Of a stretch of DNA of 64,000 nt, positions 28,205 through 38,491 are shown piece by piece; positions within the stretch are counted from its first letter, which is position 1; every line of letters starts with the position of its first letter. Location: IMG/VR virus record IMGVR_UViG_3300027816_000051, positions 224,261-288,260 of that record. The stretch is one strand, 5' to 3'. Below the pieces are notes generated by a model, which was not told the origin of the DNA, did no database searches, and saw only the letters and a program-made list of their open reading frames with translations. Both the position numbers and the translations under genes were made by a program.

Positions 28205-28795
28205 ATGAGCTACAAAAGAGAACAAATTGAACAAACCGTTAAATCAAAAGGATACGTGTGGTTTGAGGGTACTAAAGATTTTGATGTCAACATTGTTGGT
28301 GTTAGAAATTCAAGTACGGGTGATAAAGTAACGAATGTGTTTGATGATTTTTTAACCGTCTCTTATAAGGAGGGTGGTGAATGGAAATTTCAAATTTGGC
28401 CAGCAACAACTGACCCCGGTAAAAAGGGTGTCATGGAGTACCATAATGCCGCGGGGGTGGCAAGATTAGTACCAGGTCAATATAGAGGTTCACACACAAT
28501 AGGTTTACACCAAGGAAAATATGAAGCATTGAAACAACAAAAACCTGTAAAGGTCTATCGTGATAAAGATAAAGATATGCAATATGACGAAAACATAATC
28601 CAAGAGGGTGTTTTTGGTATTAACATTCACAAAGCAGGTGCAGATTCTACGTATGTTGAAAACTGGTCAGAAGGTTGTCAAGTATTTAAAAAGTCGGCGG
28701 ATTTTGATAGTTTTATGAAAATCATGAATAAAGCTGCGACGATACACGGTAAATCTTTCACATACACTCTTATAGAATCAAAAGACATTAAATAA
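28205..28795 (+). CDS. Putative peptidoglycan-acting enzyme (YkuD-like His/Cys motif)
   Basis: ATTDPG...GINIHKAG...NWSEGCQVF. Confidence 0.55.
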   Translation: MSYKREQIEQTVKSKGYVWFEGTKDFDVNIVGVRNSSTGDKVTNVFDDFLTVSYKEGGEWKFQIWPATTDPGKKGVMEYHNAAGVARLVPGQYRGSHTIGLHQGKYEALKQQKPVKVYRDKDKDMQYDENIIQEGVFGINIHKAGADSTYVENWSEGCQVFKKSADFDSFMKIMNKAATIHGKSFTYTLIESKDIK

Positions 28796-28799
28796 TTTT

Positions 28800-29396
28800 A
28801 TGGAAAAACTCATAAAGAAAATATTAAAAGAATACGTTGAGAAGTCATTAGAAGAACTAATGCCAACATACCATTATGAAAAAAATATAAACGTAAGATT
28901 CAAAGGTGCCACCGAATATACCGTAAGAAAATATACAAAAACTAATGACCGAATATCAACTAGAGATGTGGGTACATATGTTTTATCTAAAAGGGAAAAA
29001 TCTGAAGCGGAAGCTAATATTATGGAAGTGATGAATGTTGATGTACCAATAGACTTACATTTGGGTATTGTTGTGTATAAAGTTGATATTAATACGGAGA
29101 GAATAAACTATTTTTCTAAGGACGATAAGTACGAAACTTTAAGAGACACACTAAAGGATGATAATCCCGCAAACCTTTACTTAATGGACCCTGAAACACA
29201 ATCAGTTGGAGACATTTTGTTTTTTATTGTTAAAGAAAACAAAGTTGTAACAACTTTTTGGGAAAGGTCTTTTAATTTAGAATCAGTTAAAGAAAAGAGA
29301 AATTTAGATGTTGTAATAACTGCAGACCAAATTCATGATTATGCGGTAAAAAAGAAAGATGATTCTTTTGATTTTAATAAATGGAGAAGACAATAA
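28800..29396 (+). CDS. Hypothetical protein
   Basis: Leader LIKKILKE. Confidence 0.7.
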   Translation: MEKLIKKILKEYVEKSLEELMPTYHYEKNINVRFKGATEYTVRKYTKTNDRISTRDVGTYVLSKREKSEAEANIMEVMNVDVPIDLHLGIVVYKVDINTERINYFSKDDKYETLRDTLKDDNPANLYLMDPETQSVGDILFFIVKENKVVTTFWERSFNLESVKEKRNLDVVITADQIHDYAVKKKDDSFDFNKWRRQ

Positions 29397-29476
29397 AAAG
29401 GGGGAAGAGTAGCGAACCTTCCCCCAACTCCGTGAACTAGTCCCGGTCCTAAGTGGGATTTCAACCCCAACTATCT
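29397..29476 (-). other. Terminator hairpin plus GC-rich putative structured RNA element
   Basis: gggggaag-N10-cttccccc 29400-29425; CCCCAACT at 29422 and 29465; second small hairpin 29455-29468. Confidence 0.4.
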
Positions 29477-29830
29477 TTATTTTTCTTTGATTAATAATTC
29501 ACCCAATACTTCAATTTTACCAACCAATTCTTGAAATGGTATCTGTTTAATATTCATACCATCCTTTGTTGATTCATATAATTTTTCTAAAAGTTTTTTG
29601 TATTCTTTTTCCATTGTTTCTTTGGTGAGTTTACCTTCAGATGCTTTTTTGTAATAAGGTAATTTAACAACAAAGTGATGATACGTCAATAACGAGATAC
29701 CACCTTTTTCTTTTGCGGTATCACTAATTTTTTTTGCACCACCCATTCGGGTTTCAGCAAATTTTTCAAATTCGGTTAATTCCGATTCGATTAGTCTTTT
29801 TAATTGGGATTCAGATAAAAGTATTTTCAT
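29477..29830 (-). CDS. Hypothetical protein with leader motif
   Basis: MKILLSESQLKRLIE. Confidence 0.75.
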   Translation of the reverse strand: MKILLSESQLKRLIESELTEFEKFAETRMGGAKKISDTAKEKGGISLLTYHHFVVKLPYYKKASEGKLTKETMEKEYKKLLEKLYESTKDGMNIKQIPFQELVGKIEVLGELLIKEK

Positions 29831-29832
29831 AA

Positions 29833-30465
29833 TTACATAAAGTTTCCATCAAAACCAAATTTTCTAACCAATTTTCTTCTTCGTTTACAACCTGGATTTA
29901 CACCACTTCTTGAACGACCTCCAAAAATTAATTTACCTAATTTGACAACAATTATTAATGCTATTACACCCGCAACAATTACCACGGCAACACCCGGTAC
30001 AGATACTCCTGCAATAATTACGGGAGCGAGTTGTTCTTGAGTTGGTTGTGGTGATTTAGATTTTTTCTGAATTGATAACACTTGTTTTAAAGTGTTAACC
30101 AAACCGTTTTTATCCATTTTATCTAAATTTTGTTTGATGACATCAACAATTTTAGAATACTGTGAAGGAGTTTCATACTCCTCACAATTTGGTTGGATTT
30201 CTGATTTTTCTTCGGGTGTGAGAATAACACCTGCAGACATTAAAAGAGAATCGAATTCTTGTTCCTGCGGTGAAACGTCTTCTTCTTTAATGTCTTTAAT
30301 ATTTTTCACTTCTTTATCGTACTCCTTAAATCTATCGGGATTTGACATTAAAGCACTTTTTGGAAATATTCTTTTTTTACGAGTGTTCGCGAGAGTTCTC
30401 GACCTCTCATCAATTTCACTGTCTATAATCTTCTTTAATTGAGATTCTGTGATAATGTATTTCAT
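29833..30465 (-). CDS. Leader-motif protein with C-terminal TM helix
   Basis: MKYIITESQLKKII; VIIAGVSVPGVAVVIVAGVIALIIVV then basic tail. Confidence 0.75.
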   Translation of the reverse strand: MKYIITESQLKKIIDSEIDERSRTLANTRKKRIFPKSALMSNPDRFKEYDKEVKNIKDIKEEDVSPQEQEFDSLLMSAGVILTPEEKSEIQPNCEEYETPSQYSKIVDVIKQNLDKMDKNGLVNTLKQVLSIQKKSKSPQPTQEQLAPVIIAGVSVPGVAVVIVAGVIALIIVVKLGKLIFGGRSRSGVNPGCKRRRKLVRKFGFDGNFM

Positions 30466-30545
30466 ATCATATAAATACTTTAAGTTTCAATATAAGGGCA
30501 TAAAAAAACCCCAATAAGGGGTTCTTTTTATCTTAATGTAATTTC

Positions 30546-30983
30546 TTATTTTATTTTTGAACTTAAACTATCGATGATGGGATTTCCCATGTATTTGTTA
30601 AATGTTTTCTTAAGATTTTTTTGTCCTTCGTTTAACATAAAATCATCTTCCATTGTCATACCTGTTTCCATATCAATTTGTGCATCAACCGGTACATCTG
30701 AATAGTCATCTTCTTCTAAATCTACATCAATTTCTTGAGGTGGATTTGGTAATTGGTTGGGTCTATTCATGCCCATGTTGTAGTCAACAAATTTACCATC
30801 CTCTACGTCTAAATTTAATTTAATTTCAGCTGGTGGATTAGGTAGTTGATTTTCATCATCACTCTTACCCATATTGTAATCAATCGGTTCAATATCTTCT
30901 AAACTTTCTTTTAGTTTTTGTTTTGTTGTATATTGAATTAGTCTTTTTAATTGTGACTCTCTAAGTATAACATTTTTTCCCAT
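30546..30983 (-). CDS. Acidic leader-motif protein with internal repeat
   Basis: VILRESQLKRLI; DYNMG...NQLPNPP.EI twice. Confidence 0.75.
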   Translation of the reverse strand: MGKNVILRESQLKRLIQYTTKQKLKESLEDIEPIDYNMGKSDDENQLPNPPAEIKLNLDVEDGKFVDYNMGMNRPNQLPNPPQEIDVDLEEDDYSDVPVDAQIDMETGMTMEDDFMLNEGQKNLKKTFNKYMGNPIIDSLSSKIK

Positions 30984-31022
30984 TGTTGTGATTTGTTTAA
31001 TATAAATATCAAGTATTTTTAA

Positions 31023-31280
31023 TTAGTACCTACCATTTAGGTAAACATATAAAACTTCAGGTATTTTTGTACATGTTTGTTTATTACCTTGTTGGTCATA
31101 ACAATCTAAATAAGGTAATTTTTCAATGATGTCCCTAATTTCTTTAGGTGCAACAAAATAACCTTTTTGGTTTTTTACCAAAAGTCTTTTTACCAAACTC
31201 TCTCTGTGATATAATTTATCTCGTTCATAGTATTCCTTAAGAACGTTTTTATATTGGGATTCGGATATTAAAATTTTCAT
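31023..31280 (-). CDS. Hypothetical protein with leader motif
   Basis: MKILISESQYKNVLKE. Confidence 0.75.
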   Translation of the reverse strand: MKILISESQYKNVLKEYYERDKLYHRESLVKRLLVKNQKGYFVAPKEIRDIIEKLPYLDCYDQQGNKQTCTKIPEVLYVYLNGRY

Positions 31281-31399
31281 ACTATGTAATTCTTAAATTG
31301 ATTAAACAGTTTCATAGCGGAATAATAAACCGTAAATGAAAAAAGTATTGTTAGATAAAAAATACTATTTAAGATTCTCACTATATGGATAAATATCCG

Positions 31400-31582
31400 T
31401 TAACCAACCTTTTCATTTACTGTTTGTAAAAAATACCTTACACCATCATGAATGATGTATTGTACAGGAAATACCGTAACAGTGCTTAAATTAGGTGTCC
31501 ATGTTTCTGTGATTCCAATTTTGTTTTGTGGTTTCATTACCACTTTTTTATTGGAGAATTTAATAGTTCTTAGGTTTTTCAT
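31400..31582 (-). CDS. Hypothetical protein
   Basis: 60-aa ORF co-oriented with neighbours. Confidence 0.55.
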   Translation of the reverse strand: MKNLRTIKFSNKKVVMKPQNKIGITETWTPNLSTVTVFPVQYIIHDGVRYFLQTVNEKVG

Positions 31583-31646
31583 ATATTTTACTCACCTATA
31601 GTTGGTGATTAGTAAAATATAAAGTAATTAAATCAAAATCTGTACC

Positions 31647-32222
31647 TTATTCAACTTCTGGTTCATTAACCATTTGGTCTTGAGCTAAAGCGTTTTTCAT
31701 CGATTTAGTTAATGAATTATATACTTGTTCACCAAATCGGTCCATGATTTCATTTTCATCTCTAAGGTCAATAAAATTACCTCTAACCATAAAACCTAAA
31801 ACATTTTCTAAATTAATACTTCTCCAAGCTCCTTTTGCCGCTTCCATCTTAGCTTGTTCGTCATCAACCCCCATACCTCTTAATTCTTTTAATTTTTTAA
31901 TATAAGAGTTTACGTCAACAACTTTTTTAATGTTGTTATTCATTTCAACATTCATTTGTTTTTCAGTTTTTTCTCTGTCACTTCCAACATAAGAACTTAA
32001 ACTTTTTTTGATGGACATGTGACGAACTGAACCATCTTTTTTAACAAATGCCACACTTACAAGTATGTTATTGTCGATGGTATCTCTCAGTTGTTGTAAC
32101 TCATCACCCCCACTAAATCTTTCATAATCTAATTTTTCTTCAACGTCCATAGTTGATTCGTTAATCATTCTATCTAACAGACGTTTTAATTGTGACTCAG
32201 TAACTATAATTTTTCTACTCAT
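31647..32222 (-). CDS. WYL-like/SH3 beta-barrel (DUF2693-type) protein with leader motif
   Basis: VAFVKKDGSVRHM...AWRSINLEN; start moved to 32222 (MSRKIIVTESQL). Confidence 0.6.
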   Translation of the reverse strand: MSRKIIVTESQLKRLLDRMINESTMDVEEKLDYERFSGGDELQQLRDTIDNNILVSVAFVKKDGSVRHMSIKKSLSSYVGSDREKTEKQMNVEMNNNIKKVVDVNSYIKKLKELRGMGVDDEQAKMEAAKGAWRSINLENVLGFMVRGNFIDLRDENEIMDRFGEQVYNSLTKSMKNALAQDQMVNEPEVE

Positions 32223-32319
32223 GATTTTTTTTATATATAAATACCTCAATTTATTAAGTTAACCAACTTCCGTGTTTTAAAATATTTATAAGAAAATAAC
32301 TAAACTTAAAAAAACAACT

Positions 32320-33147
32320 ATGTTACTCAAAAAAGGTTCTACAGGAGAAGATGTAAAAAAATTACAAGAAAAATTAGGATTGGCCGCGGATGGTGTGTTT
32401 GGTTCAGGCACCGAACTTGCAGTTAAAGGATGGCAGTCAACCCACGGTCTAACCGCTGATGGTATTGTTGGGGATGGTACTTGGTCTAAAATGTTTGCAA
32501 CACAAACAGTTATTACTGAACCGTCACCCGTACCAAACGTCGGTGGTTTGAAATTAGAAAAATTAAAGGGTCATATACCTGATGCGGTAATTGCGATGAT
32601 TCCCGATACGGCACAAAAATTTCAAATTAATACACCCTTAAGATTAGCTCACTTTTTGGCTCAATGTGGTCATGAATCTGGTGGGTTTAAAGCAACACAA
32701 GAAAATTTAAACTATTCGGCAAAAGGACTTAGAGGTATTTTTGGAAGATACTTTCCAACAGATGCGTTGGCTGAACAATATCAAAGAAAACCTGAGGCAA
32801 TAGCGTCTCGTGTTTATGGTGGTAGAATGGGTAACGGTCCCGAAGCAACGAAAGAAGGTTATAAATTTCGTGGCAGAGGATATATCCAATTAACCGGAAA
32901 AGATAACTATACCGCATTCGGTAAAGCCATTAATGAAGATGTGATTTCAAATCCTGATTTAGTTTCATCAAAATATGCTTTGTTATCTGCAGCATGGTTC
33001 TTTAGTAAAAATGGTTTACACAAAATGGCGGATGAGGGTGCAAGTGATACTGTGGTGACGAAAATAACAAAAAGAGTTAATGGTGGAACAATCGGTTTAC
33101 CTGACCGTATCAAACATTTCAAAGAATACTATTCTTTGTTATCATAA
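32320..33147 (+). CDS. Endolysin: peptidoglycan-binding domain + GH19
   Basis: LKKGSTGEDVKKLQ...ADGIVG; AHFLAQCGHESGG, ENLNYS, FRGRGYIQLTGKDNY, ITKRVNGG. Confidence 0.92.
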   Translation: MLLKKGSTGEDVKKLQEKLGLAADGVFGSGTELAVKGWQSTHGLTADGIVGDGTWSKMFATQTVITEPSPVPNVGGLKLEKLKGHIPDAVIAMIPDTAQKFQINTPLRLAHFLAQCGHESGGFKATQENLNYSAKGLRGIFGRYFPTDALAEQYQRKPEAIASRVYGGRMGNGPEATKEGYKFRGRGYIQLTGKDNYTAFGKAINEDVISNPDLVSSKYALLSAAWFFSKNGLHKMADEGASDTVVTKITKRVNGGTIGLPDRIKHFKEYYSLLS

Positions 33148-33178
33148 AAAAAAGGGGTTTAATAACCCCTTTTTTCTT
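33146..33178. terminator. Bidirectional terminator
   Basis: A-tract-ggggtt-taat-aacccc-T-tract between convergent genes. Confidence 0.75.
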
Positions 33179-34754
33179 TTATGTCCGTGTAATCACCCGG
33201 TTTGTCTGTTTCGGGTTCACTACCATCATCGGGCGACAATTCCTTCATTAATATTTTAAATTGTTTTGACGACATGAAGTGTGCGTTGTACTCAGGATTC
33301 TCGTCTCCAATACTGTAAACTGAATAAAAAGAAGAATCATCTGGTTGTGTGCTGGTACCATACACATCTACAACGTATGTGTTACCTTCACTATCGGCAT
33401 AAACTTCAGTATCGATGTGTGAATATTTTGGTTCATATATTTTACCATCTTTTTCAATCCAAGAATTAGTTGTAACATTGAAAAGGCCTGATTTACCATT
33501 AATTTTACTTTCGTATAGTCTGATTTTTTTATTATCACCACTAACTCTGGCGATTTTAAATTCATTAGCCATTAAGAAATCTACAATAGTACCTACACCA
33601 TCACCAATTCCTTTATTTTTTAAAGTTCTGTCTAATAAATTAAATTGGTTACCTACTTTTTTGATTTCACTTAAGAAATCGAAATTACCATATCTCTCTT
33701 TAACATTGTATTGATTAACATTTGGAAAAATAATATATAGGTTACGTAATTCTTCATCCATTGACCTCCATGATTCAGGTTTTGCTAAAGTACCACCATT
33801 ATCAATGTATGCCTTTTTATAAGATTTATCCATTCTCTTAAATTCATATTGGTTACCTTCTCTTTCGGTAATTTGACCAACAACATCTTTTATAGATAAT
33901 TCTTCAGTGGAATATGGTTTGTTTTGTATTAAATTCTTCTCACCACTAAGTTGGGGGTAAATTTGTGTAATTTCGTCCCAGGTCTTTGGTTTGTCTCCAC
34001 CATTAAACATATCGGTAATTCTGTAACCTACAGAAACACTTGGGTCCCTTTGTATAGTGCTCATGTGGTACATATCCGTTTCACTTTTGTTTTCATCAAT
34101 AACAAAATAAAACGTCCTACCTTGACCTCTATAAGTTCCCCATTGATTTGACCTGTTATACGTGTCGGGTCTCCATGTTACACACCAAGGAAAGAATTTA
34201 CTACTTTTGTAGTACGGAGTTTCCCTTTCCATTTCAGGTATGCCCATAGATTTGGCGTAAATGGTGTGATAATAATAACTCCATTTTATTGCCTCTTGTT
34301 GGTTATTTATCGAATAAACCCTAAGACCATCTTTTTGAAAAATTAAATTATTGTTACCGTACCAAAGATTTCTAGATGCTTCAACTTTTTCAGGAGTTGG
34401 TTTCGTATCGGGACCGGTAAAAACGTCTCTTTGTACTTCTCTTGCATCACTACTAAACTCATTCAATAAAAACATTAATTGAGAATACGAATATTTCGCA
34501 ATTTGTTTTATATTGTTTGGGTCAAATTTTGGGTATCCGTGTAATCCGTCGTATCTACTTAAAAAGGTAAACACTTGAGGACGGTCAGGTCTTAAACCAT
34601 CTTGTATTCTTGCAAACTCATAAAAAAGTTTTTCACCTTCTTCATCTGTGATATTTGGTTTCTCCGTTTTCCAAATATCCATAAGAGTGTTGAAGAGCTT
34701 TTTGTTTTTTACCTCCTCTAATAATGTGTCAAACAGTATTTCTGTGAATCTCAT
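33159..34754 (-). CDS. Large phage protein with WC motif, related to 25595-27412
   Basis: PWCVTW...WGTYR...TFYFVIDE. Confidence 0.6.
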   Translation of the reverse strand: MRFTEILFDTLLEEVKNKKLFNTLMDIWKTEKPNITDEEGEKLFYEFARIQDGLRPDRPQVFTFLSRYDGLHGYPKFDPNNIKQIAKYSYSQLMFLLNEFSSDAREVQRDVFTGPDTKPTPEKVEASRNLWYGNNNLIFQKDGLRVYSINNQQEAIKWSYYYHTIYAKSMGIPEMERETPYYKSSKFFPWCVTWRPDTYNRSNQWGTYRGQGRTFYFVIDENKSETDMYHMSTIQRDPSVSVGYRITDMFNGGDKPKTWDEITQIYPQLSGEKNLIQNKPYSTEELSIKDVVGQITEREGNQYEFKRMDKSYKKAYIDNGGTLAKPESWRSMDEELRNLYIIFPNVNQYNVKERYGNFDFLSEIKKVGNQFNLLDRTLKNKGIGDGVGTIVDFLMANEFKIARVSGDNKKIRLYESKINGKSGLFNVTTNSWIEKDGKIYEPKYSHIDTEVYADSEGNTYVVDVYGTSTQPDDSSFYSVYSIGDENPEYNAHFMSSKQFKILMKELSPDDGSEPETDKPGDYTDIKEKRGY

Positions 34755-34808
34755 TGTTAAAAATAATTATATACATATAAATACCCAATAATTTGGGTTT
34801 GTACATAA

Positions 34809-35153
34809 TTATTCCACAACTTCACTTTCTGTTTTTACAAAACTACGTTTTAAATTTTCAACCTCTTCTAATACAGATTTGCACATTTTCTCAATCATAA
34901 GGATTTTCATGAGGTTATCCGCTTGTGGCGATGTGTTCTCTTGTTGGTAGTTGTTCAAAATAACCATTTTTAAAAGGTTTTCGTTTTCCACCTTATAGGT
35001 ACGTTCTTTCTTCCTTTGGAAGTACTTCTTTGAATTTACTTTGGTACAGTCAATACAATAGTTACTGTGACCATCGTGAATCAACTTGTTTTTGTAGAAA
35101 TTAGACAAAGGGAACTCCCCTTTACATCCCGTGCACTTCTTGTGTTTTTCCAT
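34809..35153 (-). CDS. Zinc-finger protein
   Basis: KKCTGC...FYKNK...NYCIDC; host-type -7 box at ~35174. Confidence 0.7.
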   Translation of the reverse strand: MEKHKKCTGCKGEFPLSNFYKNKLIHDGHSNYCIDCTKVNSKKYFQRKKERTYKVENENLLKMVILNNYQQENTSPQADNLMKILMIEKMCKSVLEEVENLKRSFVKTESEVVE

Positions 35154-35250
35154 TGATGATTGTTAATTTTATACAAAGATAGTACTTTTTTTGATATATT
35201 TTGTATATTTCAAATAAAATATGAAATATGTATAATTTAAATAAATTTAT

Positions 35251-35817
35251 ATGGATAGACTAATCTTAAAGGTGGGGTTTTACTCAATATACGAAAAGGT
35301 AATTAATAATCGTAAAATTTACACCGTTGACAACGGTAAAATTATCTATTCAAATAGATTTAAAAAGTATTTTCCCAATCCAAATAGGGATGTTAAGGAA
35401 TTTAGTAATTTGGATGACGCCAAAAAATATGCCCAAGGTAAAATCAAGAAACACGCATTGAGTAAAAAGAAAAAAATAGAAAAATTGCCAAAATCTCTAT
35501 ACTTGATTCTAATGAAGGAGGAGAAAACAGGTAAAACTTTTGTAAAAGTTGGTATAACATCAAAAAGATTTATTTTACGTAGATTTAGTAAAGATTATGG
35601 TTATGAGGGATATACTTTAGAAACAATATTAAGGAGAATCGACACTAAAGACGCTGAAAAACTAGAAGAAACGATAAAAGAAAAACTAAATAAAAAAAGG
35701 GGTGTAAAAAAATTTAAACCCCTATTAGAAAATTTTTCCGGTTACTCAGAATGTTTTTCTTACGACTCTGTAAACGAAATTATAAGCATATTTGATTCAC
35801 TAACAAAAGATTGTTAG
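35251..35817 (+). CDS. GIY-YIG superfamily (T5orf172-like) protein
   Basis: LYLI...FVKVGIT...RRF...LEE...GYSECF. Confidence 0.6.
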   Translation: MDRLILKVGFYSIYEKVINNRKIYTVDNGKIIYSNRFKKYFPNPNRDVKEFSNLDDAKKYAQGKIKKHALSKKKKIEKLPKSLYLILMKEEKTGKTFVKVGITSKRFILRRFSKDYGYEGYTLETILRRIDTKDAEKLEETIKEKLNKKRGVKKFKPLLENFSGYSECFSYDSVNEIISIFDSLTKDC

Positions 35818-36161
35818 ATTGATTTTGGTTTTCTACCTCTTTTTACTGGTGTTACAGGCGGAACAACTTCTGTTTTCTTTTTTAATTCCTTGTTTTTGTT
35901 TTCTAAGAACTCAACTTTTACTCTAAGTTCCGCAACTTCTCTGGTCAAATCTAAAATTTTTGACCTCAAGTCATCTTTTTCGGAGGATGACCTCTCTAAA
36001 AGGACTTCTAACTTTGCTATTCTTTCTCTACATTCGTCTTTCATGTAATCTTCTGATTTTTCTTTTCTCATGGCTCTTTTTTCATAGTATCTCCATGCAC
36101 TTGCGGAACCTAAAACCGTAATCGTGGTGATAAGTACCGTGTAAAATGAGTTGACATCCAT
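35814..36161 (-). CDS. N-terminal TM + coiled-coil protein
   Basis: VLITTITVLGSASAW then heptad repeats. Confidence 0.7.
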   Translation of the reverse strand: MDVNSFYTVLITTITVLGSASAWRYYEKRAMRKEKSEDYMKDECRERIAKLEVLLERSSSEKDDLRSKILDLTREVAELRVKVEFLENKNKELKKKTEVVPPVTPVKRGRKPKSI

Positions 36162-36244
36162 TATTTGGTTTTTTATACTATAAATATACCAATTTTACGT
36201 ATTATTTTATTTTTTATTTAGTCAATTTTGTTTATATTAATAAA

Positions 36245-36799
36245 ATGAGTGTCATTATAAATTTTTTTGGCGGTCCAGGCATTGGTAAATCAACACAAAG
36301 TGCAGAATTATTTACCTTGATGAAGAAAAACCACATGGACGTGGAACTTACCTTTGAATATCCTAAAATAGTTGCGTGGGAAGAAAATTACTCAACGATA
36401 AAGGACCAATTTTTTGTTACAGCCAACCAACATAGAAATATTAGTAGACTTTATGGTAAGGTTAAGTATATAATCGTAGATTCGCCAATAATATTGGGTA
36501 CGGTATACAAAGATTTATACAACGAAAAACCAGAATACCCCGCAAGTTTTTATGACGACTCATTCGATTATTTTATTTTTCAGTTGTTTAAGAAATATAA
36601 TAATTTCAATATACTTTTAAACAGGGATGATACCATTTTTAATGAAAACGGTAGATTTCAAAATTTAAGTGAATCAATTGTAATTGATAATGTAATAAAA
36701 GATAAATTAGAAAGACATTCGATACCATTTGTTGAATTTTCAGTTGGAGAAAACACGGCTAAGGATATATTTAGTTATATACTTAAAAACCAACTATGA
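36245..36799 (+). CDS. P-loop NTPase/kinase (AAA_28/NadR-like)
   Basis: GGPGIGKST Walker A; IIVDSP. Confidence 0.8.
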   Translation: MSVIINFFGGPGIGKSTQSAELFTLMKKNHMDVELTFEYPKIVAWEENYSTIKDQFFVTANQHRNISRLYGKVKYIIVDSPIILGTVYKDLYNEKPEYPASFYDDSFDYFIFQLFKKYNNFNILLNRDDTIFNENGRFQNLSESIVIDNVIKDKLERHSIPFVEFSVGENTAKDIFSYILKNQL

Positions 36800-37398
36800 A
36801 AAAACTCTCTATCCTTGCTATTTTATCGTTTTCGTTACTAATAGCCACTTCATCAACAACACAAAAAGATGTTGTTCACGTAAAAAATAACGTATTTGAA
36901 GTACACTATTCACAAACGTTAGAGGAACCTGTTTGGTTGATTTATAAATCAACAAATAGACCAACAAATGTTAATAGGGGTTCAATGGACTTTTACACTG
37001 AAAAAGGTATTCACACTTCTGACGGTGGTGATTACAAAAGTAATGTTTGGGATAAAGGACATTTGGCACCCGCGGCCACCTTTTCCGATAATATAGAAAA
37101 TTTGAAACAAACTTTTAGTTATTTAAATTGTGCACTACAACACCAAGACCTAAACAGGGGCGAATGGAGACTTTTGGAAGAACAAGAAAGAAATTGGGAC
37201 GATAAAGAACCGTTAACAATTAAAATAGACTTGATTTTTGACAAAAATTCTCAGAAATTAGAGACAGGTGCGACAGTACCCAGTTTTTTTATCAAACATA
37301 TACACTTTGACAAAAGTAATAAGTGGTCTTGTTATAAGTTTGAAAACAAGAAACCTGTAAAAAAATGGGGTGAGCATTTAATAACATGTAAACACTAA
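36796..37398 (+). CDS. DNA/RNA non-specific endonuclease (NucA-like) with signal peptide
   Basis: DKGHLAPA...TF...N...Q...LNRGEWRLLE. Confidence 0.88.
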   Translation: MKKLSILAILSFSLLIATSSTTQKDVVHVKNNVFEVHYSQTLEEPVWLIYKSTNRPTNVNRGSMDFYTEKGIHTSDGGDYKSNVWDKGHLAPAATFSDNIENLKQTFSYLNCALQHQDLNRGEWRLLEEQERNWDDKEPLTIKIDLIFDKNSQKLETGATVPSFFIKHIHFDKSNKWSCYKFENKKPVKKWGEHLITCKH

Positions 37399-37399
37399 T

Positions 37400-37609
37400 A
37401 TGCTCTGTAAAGAATTATTTAATTTTCAAGACAAACTTTACTTCATTGAAAGAAAATTCAACGAATCTCGTATTAAACCGGAATCTATTGAGGACTTAAA
37501 AAAATATTGGGGGTGTGATAATGTTGTTCGTCAAATGAATAGACAAACAAATGAAAATTATCTATTATTTCTGAAGGAAATACCTGAAGCGGAAATCTTA
37601 CCTGATTAA
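37400..37609 (+). CDS. Hypothetical protein
   Basis: Abuts upstream gene. Confidence 0.65.
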   Translation: MLCKELFNFQDKLYFIERKFNESRIKPESIEDLKKYWGCDNVVRQMNRQTNENYLLFLKEIPEAEILPD

Positions 37610-37996
37610 CTTCTTTAATTCTTTTATACACTCTTTAGTGTATTTTATTTCGTTTCTCTTTGCTTGTCTTTCACAAGGATTTTGAGAATAATAATAACAT
37701 TTCGCATAATAACGATACAACGTACTAGATTGTAGATAATGTGTGTACTCGTGAATCATTGTCGATATTACATCATCAATAGTTTCACAGTTTGTAATGT
37801 ATATTATTATTTTGTTTTTATTAAAACAGTATTTTCCGTAATAAACCATTCGACCATCCGAAAAATTTTTATGATTAATTTCAAGAATTAATTTTTTTCT
37901 TTTTCGGTTGTTAATACCTAAATTCTCAACACACCAATCGAGAGCCATTTTGGTGTAAGAGATTTTTAACTCCTCGTCAATATTCCTTTTAGACAT
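37598..37996 (-). CDS. Zincin-like HExxH metallopeptidase domain protein
   Basis: TMIHEYTHYLQ...NPCERQA. Confidence 0.7.
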   Translation of the reverse strand: MSKRNIDEELKISYTKMALDWCVENLGINNRKRKKLILEINHKNFSDGRMVYYGKYCFNKNKIIIYITNCETIDDVISTMIHEYTHYLQSSTLYRYYAKCYYYSQNPCERQAKRNEIKYTKECIKELKKLIR

Positions 37997-38345
37997 CGCT
38001 AGGGTTGTTTGTCTTAATGGTTCTCTTTTTTCTAATGTTTGTTTTTGTCATATCTAACAAAGTTTCCAAGTTAGATTCGATATTTTTCAAGACCTCCGCG
38101 AATTCATAATTCTCTAAGTCTTCGTTTCTATTTTTTAATGATTTTAATAAATTTGGTAAGATAGCGTCATTTGTATTTAATTTAACGCCCATAGATTTGA
38201 TTATCATTTTGAGTATTAAAAATTGGGTTGTCATTTTCTTCTCTTTTGAGAATGTGAAATAATTTTCAACTGATACGTTTAAAAGTACGCTTTTACTTAT
38301 TGAATCTAAGAATTTAATTACTGCCGCCGATTGTTTTGTTTTCAT
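37989..38345 (-). CDS. Hypothetical protein
   Basis: UVR-like ENYEFA motif. Confidence 0.65.
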   Translation of the reverse strand: MKTKQSAAVIKFLDSISKSVLLNVSVENYFTFSKEKKMTTQFLILKMIIKSMGVKLNTNDAILPNLLKSLKNRNEDLENYEFAEVLKNIESNLETLLDMTKTNIRKKRTIKTNNPSDV

Positions 38346-38491
38346 TTTGACCTCCCGTTTCCATATAAATATTTTATTCTTTTATTTTGAAATTAGAAAG
38401 GGGGTTACCCCCCCTCTCCAAATCTAACCAAAATGTTGACAATCAACATATTAAACATGTTTTATTTGATATGTGATTGATTTTCAAATAA

